From an uncultured Alphaproteobacteria bacterium (lineage in GTDB: Bacteria; Pseudomonadota; Alphaproteobacteria; GCA-2731375), in assembly GCA_951812805.1 (NCBI GenBank), contig CATOSZ010000008.1, positions 136,137-200,136 on the forward strand: a stretch of DNA of 64,000 bases, read 5' to 3'. Numbering within the stretch: the first letter of the stretch is position 1; each line of letters opens with the position of its first letter. The notes beneath the pieces are model-generated. The model was not told the DNA's origin and did not search any database. It saw only the letters and a program-made list of their open reading frames with translations. The translations under genes and the position numbers were made by a program. Positions 9,888 to 20,333 of this stretch are shown here, piece by piece.

Positions 9888-10739
9888 CTAGGACGGCAAC
9901 ACGATCGGCGAGTCGTCCCGGCCGCCCCACTCCGCCCACGAGGCGACATAGTTCCGCACGTTCGGATACCCGAGCGCCGTCAGCGCCAGGAAAGTATTGG
10001 CCGAGCGATAACCACCCTGGCAGAAGGCGATGATGTTCTTGTCCGCTGTCACACCGCGGGATTCGTAAAGCGCGCGTACCTCGTCGGCCGGGCGAAAGGC
10101 GCCGTGTTCGTCCAGATGATCGCGCCAGAACACGTGCACGGCGCCCGGTACGGTGCCGACCCTCCGCGCCCGTTTCTCCGTGCCCTCGTACTCGGTGCGG
10201 CGGCGGACGTCGAGGATCACGCTCGCCGGATCGTCGATGGCGGCGGCCACGTCGAAGCGGGTTGCGAGGAACTCCAACCGCCGGCCGCCGATGAAGGGCG
10301 GTGGCGTGGGCGGTGCCTTGCCGGGATCGACCGGTGCCGCCGCCTCGCCCACTTTGACCAGCGGATTGCCGTCGGCAGTCCAGGCCGCGCTACCGCCGTC
10401 CAGCAGTTTTACGTGGGGATGGTCCAGTACCGTCAGCAGCCAGACGGCCCGCGCCGCGCGCTCGCCGCTTTCGTGATCATAGACCACCACCGGCTTGTCC
10501 CGGGACACCCCACGCGCGCCGAGCGGCCCCTGGAACATGGCCAGGAACGCCTCCAACGGCTCCGGCGCCGAGTTGTTCAGGCTGAAGCTGTAGATATCCA
10601 AATGTCGCGCGCCCGCGATATGCCCCAACGCGAAGTCCTCCGCCGGGCGCAGGTCGAGAATGGTCACGCGCTCCTGCACCTGCCTCGCTTCGGCGGGGGA
10701 GATCAGACGGTTGCGGTCGACATAGGTTCCAATCGTCAT
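9888..10739 (-). CDS. Tandem-domain rhodanese / sulfurtransferase
   Basis: ILDLRP...GHIAGA, LLDGG..AW, ILDVRR..EY, active-site FCQGGYRS, NVRNYVASWAEW; GAGGA ribosome-binding site before ATG 10739. Confidence 0.92.
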   Translation of the reverse strand: MTIGTYVDRNRLISPAEARQVQERVTILDLRPAEDFALGHIAGARHLDIYSFSLNNSAPEPLEAFLAMFQGPLGARGVSRDKPVVVYDHESGERAARAVWLLTVLDHPHVKLLDGGSAAWTADGNPLVKVGEAAAPVDPGKAPPTPPPFIGGRRLEFLATRFDVAAAIDDPASVILDVRRRTEYEGTEKRARRVGTVPGAVHVFWRDHLDEHGAFRPADEVRALYESRGVTADKNIIAFCQGGYRSANTFLALTALGYPNVRNYVASWAEWGGRDDSPIVLPS

Positions 10740-10854
10740 CGTGTTGTTCCTCGAACGCCCTCGATCCATTGCCAATGGTTGACGATGGCCCGATCGGGCG
10801 GTGTCATTCGGTGGGTTCGATGCCGTCCGCGAACCTCACGCCGCCCGCCGGTCC

Positions 10855-10898
10855 CAAAAAAGAAAACCCCCTGAAACCGGAACGATTTCAGGGGGTTG
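10855..10898 (-). terminator. Rho-independent terminator after tRNA-Ala
   Basis: Minus strand AACCCCCTGAAA-TCGTTCCGG-TTTCAGGGGGTT followed by TTCTTTTT. Confidence 0.8.
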
Positions 10899-10900
10899 TT

Positions 10901-10976
<76 letters not shown>

Positions 10977-11097
10977 TCGGGCGGCGCGAACCCTTGCCTG
11001 TGGCCGGCTCGCGCCAGCGCAAACTACGGATCGGCGCCCCGATGTTCAATGCTTTTTTCGCCCCTCCTTCGGCCGTGTCGGCGGATGCCGGGCAGGC

Positions 11098-11514
11098 TCA
11101 GAGTTGCGCTTCCTCGTCCTCCTCCTCGACGTCGTCGAGTGCTTCGGCCGCGTCCAACGCGTCGGGCGTGTCCTCGGCGTCGGCGTTCAGGTCGGTGGTC
11201 ATCACACCCTCGAGACCATCGCCGTCGTCCTTGTCGATGGCGCCATCATCATCGTCGTCGTCATCGTTGCCGTCGAGCGCGGCGACTGCCTCGTCCAGCT
11301 CGTCCGCCGCCTCTTCTTCGACCACAGGAGCCGGCTTCGGCTTGGCCACAGGCTTCGCCGCCGGCTCGGACCGGGTCTTCTTGGTCTTGTTGAAGTCCGC
11401 GGCCGAGAACTTCGTCTCGCACTTCGGACAGACGATCGGTTCACGGGAGAAGTCGTAAAACTTCGCCCCGCAACTCGAACACAAACGCTTACTACCCCAT
11501 TCCGGCTTTGCCAC
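11098..11514 (-). CDS. TIGR02300 / FYDLN-acid domain protein
   Basis: MAKPEWGSKRLCSSCGAKFYDFSREPIVCPKC zinc ribbon plus acidic tail; divergent from aroA and next to tRNA-Ala, as is usual in alphaproteobacteria. Confidence 0.9.
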   Translation of the reverse strand: MAKPEWGSKRLCSSCGAKFYDFSREPIVCPKCETKFSAADFNKTKKTRSEPAAKPVAKPKPAPVVEEEAADELDEAVAALDGNDDDDDDDGAIDKDDGDGLEGVMTTDLNADAEDTPDALDAAEALDDVEEEDEEAQL

Positions 11515-11646
11515 CCGCCGACTCCTCGAAGATGCCCACGAGATCGGCGCGCCAATTGCCATGTCGGCGGACGCCTGTCAATGCCGGCCGACCGACAATG
11601 ATGCATCCCATTGAAAGGCTTGGCCGCGCGGAGGTCGGCGTGCTAG

Positions 11647-13190
11647 CAGCCTGTCGGACTTGAGCCGAGTTTCGAGATGAGATTCACTGTCACGGTCTGA
11701 TTCTCTCCTGCGCGGTGATTTTGTGATGAGCAACTTTCGACAGGTTGACCGGGAGACCAGCTATCTTCTGCCGCCTTCGGTGGACGAATGGCTGCCTGAT
11801 CGTCATCTGGCGCGCTTCGTGGTCGATGTGCTGGAGCAGCTGGATCTCTCTGCGTTCGTGAAGGCCTATCGTGGTTCGGGCTCGGCGGCGCATCACCCGA
11901 GCGTCCTGCTGGGCCTGCTGATCTACGGCTACGCGACGGGGGTGCATTCCAGCCGGAAGCTGGAGCGGGCGAGCTATGATTCGGTGGCCTTCCGCTTCAT
12001 CGCGGCAAACGACCACCCCGACCACGACACGATCGCCACGTTCCGCCGTCGCTTCCTGCCGCTGATCGAGGGGCTGTTCGTGCAGGTTCTGCTGCTGGCG
12101 CGGCAGGCCGGCATGCTGCAACTGGGCACGGTGGCGCTGGACGGGACGAAGATCCATGCCGACGCGAGCCGGCACAGCGCCCTGTCGTGGCAGCGTGCGG
12201 GCGAGATCGAAGCCCGGCTGCGGGCCGAGGTGGCGGAGTTGATGGCGTTGGCGGAAGCGGCGGACCGGTCCGAGGTTCCCGACGGCATGAGCGTGCCGGA
12301 GGAGCTGGCACGGCGCGAGGACCGGCTGGCGGCGATCGCCGCGGCGAAGGCGGAGATCGAGGCGCGGGCGGCCGAGCGTCATGCGCGGGAGCAGGCGGAG
12401 TACGAAGAGAAGCTGGCAGCCCGCGAGGCGAAGGAAACGCGGACCGGCCGCAAGCCGGGCGGGCGGCCACCGAAGCCGCCGGAGCCGGGGCCACGGGCGA
12501 AGGACCAGGTCAACCTGACGGACCCGGACTCGCGCATCATGCCGGTGGCCGGCGGCGGCTTCGAGCAGTGCTACAACGCCCAGGCTGCGGTGGCCGCCGG
12601 CAGCCTGCTGGTGGTCAGCGCCGACGTGGTGCAGGCGGCGAACGACAAGCAGCAGATCGAACCGACGCTCGAAGCACTCGCCGGCCTGCCGGACGGGCTT
12701 GGCGAGGTCGAGACCCTGTTGGCGGACAGCGGCTACTTCAGCCAGGCCAACGTCGAGGCCTGCGGGGAAGCGGAGATCGCGCCGCTGATCGCGCTCGGCC
12801 GGGAGCACCACCATCTTTCCTGGCGGGACCGCTTCGCCGAGGCGCCGCCAGCGCCCGAGGATCCGACGCCGCTCGAGGCGATGTGCCATCGCCTGGCCAC
12901 ACCCGAGGGCCGGGCGCTCTACGCGCTTCGCAAGCAGACGCCGGAGCCGGTGTTCGGCATCATCAAATCGGTGATGGGCTTGCGTCAGTTCAGCCTGCGC
13001 GGCCTCGACAAGGCGAAGGGGGAATGGACCTTGGCCACGCTCTCCTGGAACATCAAGCGGATGTTCGTCCTCAGCCACGCCTGAACGGGCGGGCCAACCC
13101 GCGTTCGCAACTTCATGGGGGTAAATCCATGACATCGACGCCCGCCAAGCCAATTTTACCAATCCTTGCATGCCCGAGTCCGACAGGCTG
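11647..13190 (+). mobile_element. IS1182-family insertion sequence (1544 bp)
   Basis: Perfect 14-bp IR CAGCCTGTCGGACT (11647-11660) / AGTCCGACAGGCTG (13177-13190); CTAG target duplication at 11643-11646 and 13191-13194. Confidence 0.93.
11726..13084 (+). CDS. IS1182-family transposase
   Basis: LLPPSVDEWLPDRHLARFV, YGYATGVHSSRKLE, PDHDTIATFR, VALDGTKIHA, NLTDPDSRIM, LADSGYFS, RKQTPEPVFGIIK. Confidence 0.93.
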   Translation: MSNFRQVDRETSYLLPPSVDEWLPDRHLARFVVDVLEQLDLSAFVKAYRGSGSAAHHPSVLLGLLIYGYATGVHSSRKLERASYDSVAFRFIAANDHPDHDTIATFRRRFLPLIEGLFVQVLLLARQAGMLQLGTVALDGTKIHADASRHSALSWQRAGEIEARLRAEVAELMALAEAADRSEVPDGMSVPEELARREDRLAAIAAAKAEIEARAAERHAREQAEYEEKLAAREAKETRTGRKPGGRPPKPPEPGPRAKDQVNLTDPDSRIMPVAGGGFEQCYNAQAAVAAGSLLVVSADVVQAANDKQQIEPTLEALAGLPDGLGEVETLLADSGYFSQANVEACGEAEIAPLIALGREHHHLSWRDRFAEAPPAPEDPTPLEAMCHRLATPEGRALYALRKQTPEPVFGIIKSVMGLRQFSLRGLDKAKGEWTLATLSWNIKRMFVLSHA

Positions 13191-13207
13191 CTAGAGAAGC
13201 CGCCGCC

Positions 13208-14560
13208 ATGATCCCCTTCACCTCGCGTCCCACGACCTCGATTTCCGGCGAGATTTCCGTGCCGGGCGACAAGTCCGCCTCGCATCGTGCGTTGCTGCTT
13301 TCGGCGCTGGCCGTCGGGCGCAGCCGGGTTCGCGGATTGCTCGAAGGCGACGACGTGCTGGCGACCGCCGGCGCGTTGCGCGCGCTGGGCGCGGAGATCG
13401 TCCGCGAGGCCGACCACTGGCGTATCGACGGGGTCGGCATCGGCGGGCTGGAGGAGCCGGAAAACGTTCTGGATCTGGGGAATTCCGGCACCGGGGCCCG
13501 CTTGTTGATGGGTCTGCTGGCGAGCCATCCGCTGACCGCCGTGGTGACGGGCGATGCCTCGCTTCGCTCCCGTCCGATGGCACGGATCAGCACCCCGCTC
13601 GACCAGATGGGGGGCCGGTTCTTCTCCCGCGCGGGCGGGCGGCTGCCGATGACGGTGATCGGTGCCGAGGCGGTTATGGGCATCGACTACACGACCCCGG
13701 TGGCCTCCGCCCAGGTCAAGTCGGCGGTCCTGCTCGCCGGGCTCAACGCGCCGGGCACGACCATCGTTCGCGAGGCGAGCGCCACCCGCGATCACACCGA
13801 ACATATGCTGCGTCATTTCGGCGCCGACGTGGAAATCGAGGCCTCGGCCGACGGCGGACGCGTGATTCGCCTGCACGGCCAGCCCGAGCTGACGCCGGCC
13901 GACGTGCAGGTGCCGGGGGACATTTCCTCGGCCGCCTTCCCCCTGGTTGCGGCGCTGATCGCGGGCGAGGGCGAGGTTGTCGTCCGCGATGTCGGGCTCA
14001 ACCCGCTGCGCACCGGCTTGCTCGACACGCTGGTCGAGATGGGCGCCGATATCGAGATTACCAACGCGCGCACCCGCCAATTCGAGCCGGTGGGCGATCT
14101 GGTTGCCCGTGCCGGATCGCTGCAGGGCGTCACCGTGCCGGCGGCGCGCGTGCCCTCGATGATCGACGAGTATCCGATCCTCGCGGTCGCGGCGGCCTTT
14201 GCGAAGGGAACGACGGTCATGCGCGGCGCGCGCGAGCTTCGCGTGAAGGAGAGCGACCGCATCGCCGCGATGGCGCGCGGCTTGTCGGCCCTCGGCGTCG
14301 CGGTGGAGGAGGTCGAGGACGGCCTGATCGTCACCGGCGCCGGCGGCCGACCGCCGCCCGTGCGGCTGAACGCGCCGATCGCCACCGATCACGACCACCG
14401 CATCGCCATGTCATTCCTGGTTTTCGGCATCGGCGCCCGCGCGCCCATCGAGATCGACGATTGCCGGATGATCGACACGAGCTTTCCGGGCTTCGCGGCG
14501 ATGATGAACGGCCTTGGCTGCGACATGGCCGAGGCGGACCGGGGCGGGGCGGCGGTATGA
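13208..14560 (+). CDS. aroA: 3-phosphoshikimate 1-carboxyvinyltransferase (EPSP synthase)
   Basis: [55 protein letters not shown]. Confidence 0.97.
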   Translation: MIPFTSRPTTSISGEISVPGDKSASHRALLLSALAVGRSRVRGLLEGDDVLATAGALRALGAEIVREADHWRIDGVGIGGLEEPENVLDLGNSGTGARLLMGLLASHPLTAVVTGDASLRSRPMARISTPLDQMGGRFFSRAGGRLPMTVIGAEAVMGIDYTTPVASAQVKSAVLLAGLNAPGTTIVREASATRDHTEHMLRHFGADVEIEASADGGRVIRLHGQPELTPADVQVPGDISSAAFPLVAALIAGEGEVVVRDVGLNPLRTGLLDTLVEMGADIEITNARTRQFEPVGDLVARAGSLQGVTVPAARVPSMIDEYPILAVAAAFAKGTTVMRGARELRVKESDRIAAMARGLSALGVAVEEVEDGLIVTGAGGRPPPVRLNAPIATDHDHRIAMSFLVFGIGARAPIEIDDCRMIDTSFPGFAAMMNGLGCDMAEADRGGAAV

Positions 14561-15177
14561 TCATCGCCGTCGACGGGCCGGTGGCGGCCGGGAAGGGCAC
14601 GTTGGCGCGCAGGCTGGCGGCGCATTACGGCCTCGCCTATCTCGACACGGGCGCGCTCTACCGGGCGGTCGGCCTCGCCCTGTTGGACGCCGGGCGTTCA
14701 GCCGACGATTCCGCCGCCGCGCTCGCCGCGGCGCGGGCGCTCGACCCGGCGAGGCTGGACGATCCCCGCCTGCGCGAGGAACGCGTCGGCGAAGCGGCGA
14801 GCCGAGTTGCGGCGATGCAGCCGGTACGCGATGCCCTGCTGGAGTTTCAGCGCGACGTCGCGGCACGGCCTCCGGGCGCCGTACTCGACGGGCGCGACAT
14901 CGCCACCGTGGTCTGTCCCGATGCCGAGGTGAAACTTTTCGTCACCGCCAGCGCCGAGGCGCGTGCGCGCCGCCGCCACGCGGAACTGACCGCGCGCGGC
15001 GAGACGGCGGACCTCGACGAGGTGCTCGCGGACCTGCAACGGCGCGACGCCCGCGACCAGGCACGCGATGCCGCGCCGCTTCGCCCGGCGGCGGATGCCA
15101 GCTTGCTCGACACGACAAATTTGGATATAGAAGCGGCCTTCCGGGCCGCTCTCTCCCTCACCGAGGGCGCGTGCTAG
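14557..15177 (+). CDS. cmk: Cytidylate kinase
   Basis: [32 protein letters not shown]; ATGA overlap with aroA. Confidence 0.96.
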   Translation: MIIAVDGPVAAGKGTLARRLAAHYGLAYLDTGALYRAVGLALLDAGRSADDSAAALAAARALDPARLDDPRLREERVGEAASRVAAMQPVRDALLEFQRDVAARPPGAVLDGRDIATVVCPDAEVKLFVTASAEARARRRHAELTARGETADLDEVLADLQRRDARDQARDAAPLRPAADASLLDTTNLDIEAAFRAALSLTEGAC

Positions 15178-15323
15178 ATTCAGTCCGCCCGGATTAGAGA
15201 CCACCCGACGCCGTCGGATCAGACGGTGTGAAACCAGAGGCGAACCGGAGCCAGCGAAATGGCCCGGCCCAGACCGCCGGAAGCAACCGGCCGGCCAGCA
15301 ACCAGATGAAACGAGGATTACGC

Positions 15324-17216
15324 ATGAGCCAGACCGACGTCGCGCCCGCCGTGGCCGACTCCATTCCCGCCGTCGACGACTTCGAAGCCCTGCTGGAAGA
15401 AAGCTTTATCGCTAGGGACAATCTCGAAGGCACTGTCGTCAAGGGCACGATCATCCACAAGGACGCCGATGCGGTCACCATCGACGTCGGCCTGAAGACC
15501 GAAGGCCGGGTGCCGATGCGGGAATTCTCCAAGGCGGGAGAAGACACGGAATTGAGTGTCGGCGACGTCATCGACGTCTACTTGGAGCGGATCGAGAACG
15601 CGCTCGGCGATGCGGTGCTGAGCCGTGACAAGGCCCGGCGTGAGGAGGCCTGGAACGTCCTCGAAGTCGCCTTCAACAAGAACGAGCGCGTCGAAGGCAT
15701 GATCGTCAACCGGGTCAAGGGCGGCTTTACGGTCGACCTTTCGGGCGCCATGGCCTTCCTGCCGGGCAGCCAGGTCGACATCCGCCCGGTCCGCGACGTG
15801 ACGCCGCTCATGGGTATGAAGCAGCCCTTCCAGGTGCTGAAGATGGATCGCCGGCGCGGCAACATCGTCGTCTCCCGCCGCGCGGTGCTGGAGGAGACCC
15901 GGGCGGAACAGCGCACCGAGTTGGTCGCCAACCTCTCCGACGGGCAGGTCCTCGAAGGCGTGGTCAAGAACATCACGGATTACGGTGCCTTCGTCGATCT
16001 CGGTGGCATCGACGGCCTTTTGCACGTCACCGACATGTCCTGGCGCCGCGTCAACCATCCGACCGAGGTGCTTTCGATCGGCGAGACGGTGCAAATCCAG
16101 GTCATCAAGGTCAATCCGGAAACCCAGCGCATCAGCCTCGGCATGAAGCAGCTGCAGCAGGATCCCTGGGACGGCATCGAGATCAAGTATCCGGCGCGCA
16201 CCAAATGGACCGGCCGGGTCACCAACATCACCGACTATGGCGCCTTCGTGGAGCTCGAGGCCGGTGTCGAGGGCCTGGTGCACATCTCCGAGATGAGCTG
16301 GACGAAGAAGAACGTCCATCCGGGCAAGATCGTTTCGACCAGCCAGGAAGTCGAGGTCATGGTGCTGGAGGTCGATCCCGACAAGCGGCGTATCAGCCTC
16401 GGCCTGAAGCAGTGCATGGACAATCCCTGGACGATTTTCGCCGACAAGCACGCCGTCGGCTCTACCGTCGAGGGCGAGGTCAAGAACATCACGGAGTTCG
16501 GCCTCTTCGTCGGTCTCGACGACGACATCGACGGCATGGTCCATCTCTCGGACCTCGACCGGAACCGTCCGGGCGAACAGGCGCTCGCCGAATATCGCAA
16601 GGGCGACGTGGTGCAGGCCAAGGTCCTGGACATCGACATCGACAAGGAGCGGATCAGCCTCGGCGTCAAGCAGCTCGACCAGGATCCGTTCAGCGCTGCG
16701 GACGAGTTGAAGCGTGGCGACGTCGTGACCTGCACGATCGTTCAGGTGACCGACAACGGCATCGAGGTGACGATCGCCGATGGCCTGAAGGGCTTCATCC
16801 GCAAGTCGGATCTCAGCCGCGATCGCAGCGAGCAGCGCCCCGAGCGCTTCGCCGTCGGCAGCAAGATTGATGCCCTCGTCACCAACCTCGATCGTTCGCA
16901 GCGCCGCCTCGGTCTCTCGATCAAGGCGCGCGAGGTGCGGGAGGAGAAGGAGGCCGTCGAGCAGTATGGCTCCACCGACTCCGGCGCCAGCCTCGGCGAT
17001 ATCCTGGGCGCGGCGATCAACCGGGCCCGGCGCGAGTCGGAAGAGCGGGACGGTGATGACGATGACGCCGGCCAGCCCGAAGAGGTCGCGGCCAGTGCCG
17101 AGGCCGCGATTGAGCCCGAGGCCGCTAGTGAGCCCGAGGCCGCCAGTGAGCCCGAGGCCGACGCGGCGGAAGCAAGCACGGGCGAAGGGGATGACGCGGC
17201 ACCGGAGAAGGTCTGA
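15324..17216 (+). CDS. rpsA: 30S ribosomal protein S1 with extended acidic C-tail
   Basis: Six S1 repeats (VKNITDYGAFVDLGGIDGLLHVTDMSW etc.), GASLGDILG; GAGGA ribosome-binding site before ATG 15324. Confidence 0.98.
   Translation: MSQTDVAPAVADSIPAVDDFEALLEESFIARDNLEGTVVKGTIIHKDADAVTIDVGLKTEGRVPMREFSKAGEDTELSVGDVIDVYLERIENALGDAVLSRDKARREEAWNVLEVAFNKNERVEGMIVNRVKGGFTVDLSGAMAFLPGSQVDIRPVRDVTPLMGMKQPFQVLKMDRRRGNIVVSRRAVLEETRAEQRTELVANLSDGQVLEGVVKNITDYGAFVDLGGIDGLLHVTDMSWRRVNHPTEVLSIGETVQIQVIKVNPETQRISLGMKQLQQDPWDGIEIKYPARTKWTGRVTNITDYGAFVELEAGVEGLVHISEMSWTKKNVHPGKIVSTSQEVEVMVLEVDPDKRRISLGLKQCMDNPWTIFADKHAVGSTVEGEVKNITEFGLFVGLDDDIDGMVHLSDLDRNRPGEQALAEYRKGDVVQAKVLDIDIDKERISLGVKQLDQDPFSAADELKRGDVVTCTIVQVTDNGIEVTIADGLKGFIRKSDLSRDRSEQRPERFAVGSKIDALVTNLDRSQRRLGLSIKAREVREEKEAVEQYGSTDSGASLGDILGAAINRARRESEERDGDDDDAGQPEEVAASAEAAIEPEAASEPEAASEPEADAAEASTGEGDDAAPEKV
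17112..17160 (+). repeat. 18-bp tandem repeat (GAGCCCGAGGCCGCYAGT x ~2.7) encoding EPEAAS in the S1 tail
   Basis: Units read directly at 17112, 17130 and 17148. Confidence 0.85.
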
Positions 17217-17250
17217 ACCGGGCATCCGGAACCTGGGCTGAGGGCATGGC

Positions 17251-18150
17251 GTGGATAGCGGAGCCCTGATCGATCGCCACCGGCTGAAGCGGCGGCTCGT
17301 CATTTGGCGAACCGTCGCGGTGCTGGCCCTCGTCGCGCTCGCCCTCTCCCTCGTCGGCGTCGCATTTACCGACGAAGCGGGTCCCCGCATCGCCCGGTTG
17401 TCGATCAACGGGCTGATCTACGAGGACAGCCGCAGGGAAGCGGTGCTCGACGACCTCGTCGACGACGAGAAGACGGCGGCCGTCATCATCCGCATCAACA
17501 GCCCCGGCGGGACCACGACGGGGAGTGAGGCGCTGTTTCGCAACATTCGCCGTGTGGCGGAGAAGAAGCCCGTCGTCGCGGTTGTCGGCACGCTCGGGGC
17601 CTCGGGCGGTTATATCGCCGCAATCGGCGCCGACCATATCATCGCCCGCGAAACCTCGATCACCGGCTCGATCGGCGTGATCCTGGAGACGGCGGAATTC
17701 TCCGGTCTGATGGAGAAGCTCGGTATTACCGCCGAACAGGTGAAGAGTGGCCCGCAAAAAGGCCAGCCGACCACGACGGCGCCGATGACGGCGGAAACCC
17801 GCGCGGCGATGCAGGCGATGATCGTCGACGCCTTCGAGTGGTTCAAGGGGCTGGTGGCCGAGCGGCGCGGGCTCTCGGAGGAGGAACTGGTTCTCGTCAC
17901 CGACGGCCGCGTCTTCACCGGCAGGCAGGCGCTGGCCCGTAAATTGATCGACGGAATCGGCGGCGAGCGGGAGGCGATCCGTTGGCTGGAGGAGACGCGC
18001 GAGGTTCCCGGGGACCTACCGGTCGTCGAGGTCGAGTATCTCGAGCCGCCGCCCTTGATCGACCGCCTGACAGCGCGGCTGGCTGGAAAAGTCTTGTCCT
18101 TTCAACCACTTATGCTTGACGGGTTGCGGTCGGTCTGGCACGTTCGTTGA
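17251..18150 (+). CDS. sppA: Signal peptide peptidase SppA (36K type)
   Basis: RINSPGG, GASGGYIAA, SITGSIGV, DGRVFTGRQA. Confidence 0.93.
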   Translation: MDSGALIDRHRLKRRLVIWRTVAVLALVALALSLVGVAFTDEAGPRIARLSINGLIYEDSRREAVLDDLVDDEKTAAVIIRINSPGGTTTGSEALFRNIRRVAEKKPVVAVVGTLGASGGYIAAIGADHIIARETSITGSIGVILETAEFSGLMEKLGITAEQVKSGPQKGQPTTTAPMTAETRAAMQAMIVDAFEWFKGLVAERRGLSEEELVLVTDGRVFTGRQALARKLIDGIGGEREAIRWLEETREVPGDLPVVEVEYLEPPPLIDRLTARLAGKVLSFQPLMLDGLRSVWHVR

Positions 18151-18192
18151 ACCCGACGGAAGAGAGGCGGGACCGGCGTCAGGGAGGGGCCG

Positions 18193-18483
18193 ATGATAAA
18201 ATCGGAGTTGATCCAGCGGTTGGCCGAGGCCAATCCACATCTCTATCAGCGCGATGTCGAGCGGATCGTTTCGACCGTGTTCGAAGAGATCGGCGCCGCG
18301 CTGCAGCGCGGTGACCGGGTCGAACTCCGAGGCTTCGGCGCCTTCTCGGTAAAGCGCCGCCCCGCCCGCATCGGCCGCAATCCACGCACCGGCGAACAGG
18401 TTCAGGTGGCGGAGAAGCATGTGCCGTTCTTCAAGTCGGGCAAGGAATTGCGCGAACGCTTGAACACCGAGGATGGCGAATAG
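18193..18483 (+). CDS. ihfB: Integration host factor beta subunit
   Basis: [10 protein letters not shown]...[15 protein letters not shown]...GRNPRTGE...[14 protein letters not shown]. Confidence 0.97.
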   Translation: MIKSELIQRLAEANPHLYQRDVERIVSTVFEEIGAALQRGDRVELRGFGAFSVKRRPARIGRNPRTGEQVQVAEKHVPFFKSGKELRERLNTEDGE

Positions 18484-18509
18484 GGCCGCCCGGCGGGGAG
18501 ACATCGGGG

Positions 18510-18863
18510 TTGAGAATTCTGAGCTGGATCGTGCTGCTGCCGTTGGCGTTGATCGTCATCGCGCTGGCCGTGGCCAATCGCGGGACCGTCACCATCAGCC
18601 TGTGGCCGCTGCCCGTCGATTTCGCCCCCCAGCTCTGGCTGCTGGTCATGGTCTTCGCCGGGCTCGGTCTGTTGGGCGGTTTGCTCGTCGGATTGAACAA
18701 GTCCGTTCGCTGGCGGGCGCGGGCGCGCCGGGCCGAAGCGGAAGTGGCCAGGCTCGAGGGCGCGCTTGAGCATGAACGCGCTTCTGCAGGCGGCGCCGGC
18801 ACGATGACGCCTGCCGCCCGCCCGGCCGGCGCTCTCTCCGGGCCGCCGGCGCGTGCGGCCTGA
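18510..18863 (+). CDS. LapA-family small membrane protein
   Basis: Two TM segments with [12 protein letters not shown]; position between ihfB and pyrF. Confidence 0.75.
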   Translation: MRILSWIVLLPLALIVIALAVANRGTVTISLWPLPVDFAPQLWLLVMVFAGLGLLGGLLVGLNKSVRWRARARRAEAEVARLEGALEHERASAGGAGTMTPAARPAGALSGPPARAA

Positions 18864-18970
18864 GGATCGATATCGCCGTATCTTCGCTACCCCCCGGCCC
18901 AGCGATCTGCTATGAAGGCGCCGCCCGGGAAACGGGCGCCAACTCCGACGAGCCAGCGATCTTCACGCCG

Positions 18971-19678
18971 ATGCGAAGCCCCTTCTTCTGCGCCATCGAC
19001 ACCACCGACCCGGACCGGGCGGCCAGCCTCGCCGAGGTCGCCGCCGCGGCCGGCGGCGGGATCAAGATCGGCAAGGAATTCTTCACCCGCCACGGGCCCG
19101 AGGGCGTGCGGCGCCTGTGCTCTGGCGGCGAGGCGCCGCTGTTCCTCGACCTCAAGTTCCACGACATTCCCAACACCGTCGCCGGCGCGGTGCGCGCGGC
19201 GCTTGCTCTGGCGCCGGCGATCTTGAACGTGCATGCCGCCGGCGGCCGGGCGATGCTGAACGCGGCACGCGAGGCGGTGGAGACGGCGGGCGCGGATCGG
19301 CCGAAGCTCATCGCCGTTACGGTACTCACCAGCCTGGACGCGGACGATCTGTCAGAAATCGGCCTCGCCGGCCCGGTGGAGACGCGGACCCTGGCGCTCG
19401 CCCGGCTGACGCGGGCGTGCGGCCTCGACGGCGTGGTCTGCTCGCCACGGGAAATCGCGCCGCTCAGGGCGGCGCTTGGCCCAGACTTTCTGCTCGTCGT
19501 GCCGGGCGTGCGACCGGCCGGTGCGGCGCTCGGCGATCAGAAGCGGGTGATGACGCCGGGGGAGGCGCTGCGTGCCGGGGCCGACCATCTCGTCGTCGGC
19601 CGGCCGATCAGCGCTGCCGAGGATCCCGCCGCCGCCGCGCGCGCCATCGCGGCGGAGCTGGCCGAGGCGGCGGCATGA
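18971..19678 (+). CDS. pyrF: Orotidine 5'-phosphate decarboxylase
   Basis: [25 protein letters not shown]...[14 protein letters not shown]. Confidence 0.97.
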   Translation: MRSPFFCAIDTTDPDRAASLAEVAAAAGGGIKIGKEFFTRHGPEGVRRLCSGGEAPLFLDLKFHDIPNTVAGAVRAALALAPAILNVHAAGGRAMLNAAREAVETAGADRPKLIAVTVLTSLDADDLSEIGLAGPVETRTLALARLTRACGLDGVVCSPREIAPLRAALGPDFLLVVPGVRPAGAALGDQKRVMTPGEALRAGADHLVVGRPISAAEDPAAAARAIAAELAEAAA

Positions 19679-20322
19679 GCGTCCAGGCCAAGATCTGCGG
19701 CATTCGCGACGAAGAGGCCCTGCGGGTGGCCGTCGACGGCGGCGCGGCGCTGATCGGCTTCGTCTTCTATCCCCCGTCGCCACGGTCCCTCGATCCGACC
19801 GCGGCGGGCGCGCTCGCCCGCCGGGTGCCGGCGGAGGTGCGGCGGGTTGGTCTTTTCGTCGACGAAACGGACGCGGCGATCGACGCCGTACTGGCCGAGG
19901 TCGACTTGGACATGCTGCAGTTTCACGGCGCCGAGCCGCCGGAGCGGGTGGCCGAGGCCCGGGCACGCTTCGAACGCCCCGTGGCGAAGGCGATCTCCGT
20001 CGCCGCGCGCGAGGACATCGAGCGGGCCGGCGCCTACGAGGAGGTCGCCGACCTGTTGCTGTTCGACGCCAAGGCGCCAAAGCGCATGGCGGACGCGCTG
20101 CCGGGCGGCAACGGCTTGATATTCGATTGGAATTTGCTGGCGGGCCGCGATGGCGCGCGGCCGTGGATGCTGTCGGGCGGGCTCGACGCGGACAACGTCG
20201 CCGAGGCGGTGCGGATTTCCGGCGCGCCGATGGTCGACGTTTCTTCCGGCGTCGAGACGGTGCGCTGGCAGAAGGACCCGGCCTTGATCAAGGCCTTTCT
20301 CGACGTCACCAACACGCTGTGA
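19675..20322 (+). CDS. trpF: Phosphoribosylanthranilate isomerase
   Basis: [47 protein letters not shown]. Confidence 0.96.
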   Translation: MSVQAKICGIRDEEALRVAVDGGAALIGFVFYPPSPRSLDPTAAGALARRVPAEVRRVGLFVDETDAAIDAVLAEVDLDMLQFHGAEPPERVAEARARFERPVAKAISVAAREDIERAGAYEEVADLLLFDAKAPKRMADALPGGNGLIFDWNLLAGRDGARPWMLSGGLDADNVAEAVRISGAPMVDVSSGVETVRWQKDPALIKAFLDVTNTL

Positions 20323-20333
20323 GGTAGCCTGCC

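Noticed and set aside
1887-10900. Intact integrative element at tRNA-Ala
   Set aside because: No integrase is present and I could not find a duplicated tRNA 3' end (att site); at most this is a decayed island.
13166-13207. Longer aroA N-terminus ([11 protein letters not shown]...)
   Set aside because: It begins inside the IS1182 right end; the native start is ATG 13208.
11690-14398. 902-aa minus-strand ORF, and similar long shadow ORFs (966-2555, 15318-17408, 26536-28755, 47646-49739, 61763-63637)
   Set aside because: These are antisense or alternate-frame shadows of well-supported genes, expected in high-GC DNA. They have no recognisable motifs, and this one crosses an IS boundary.
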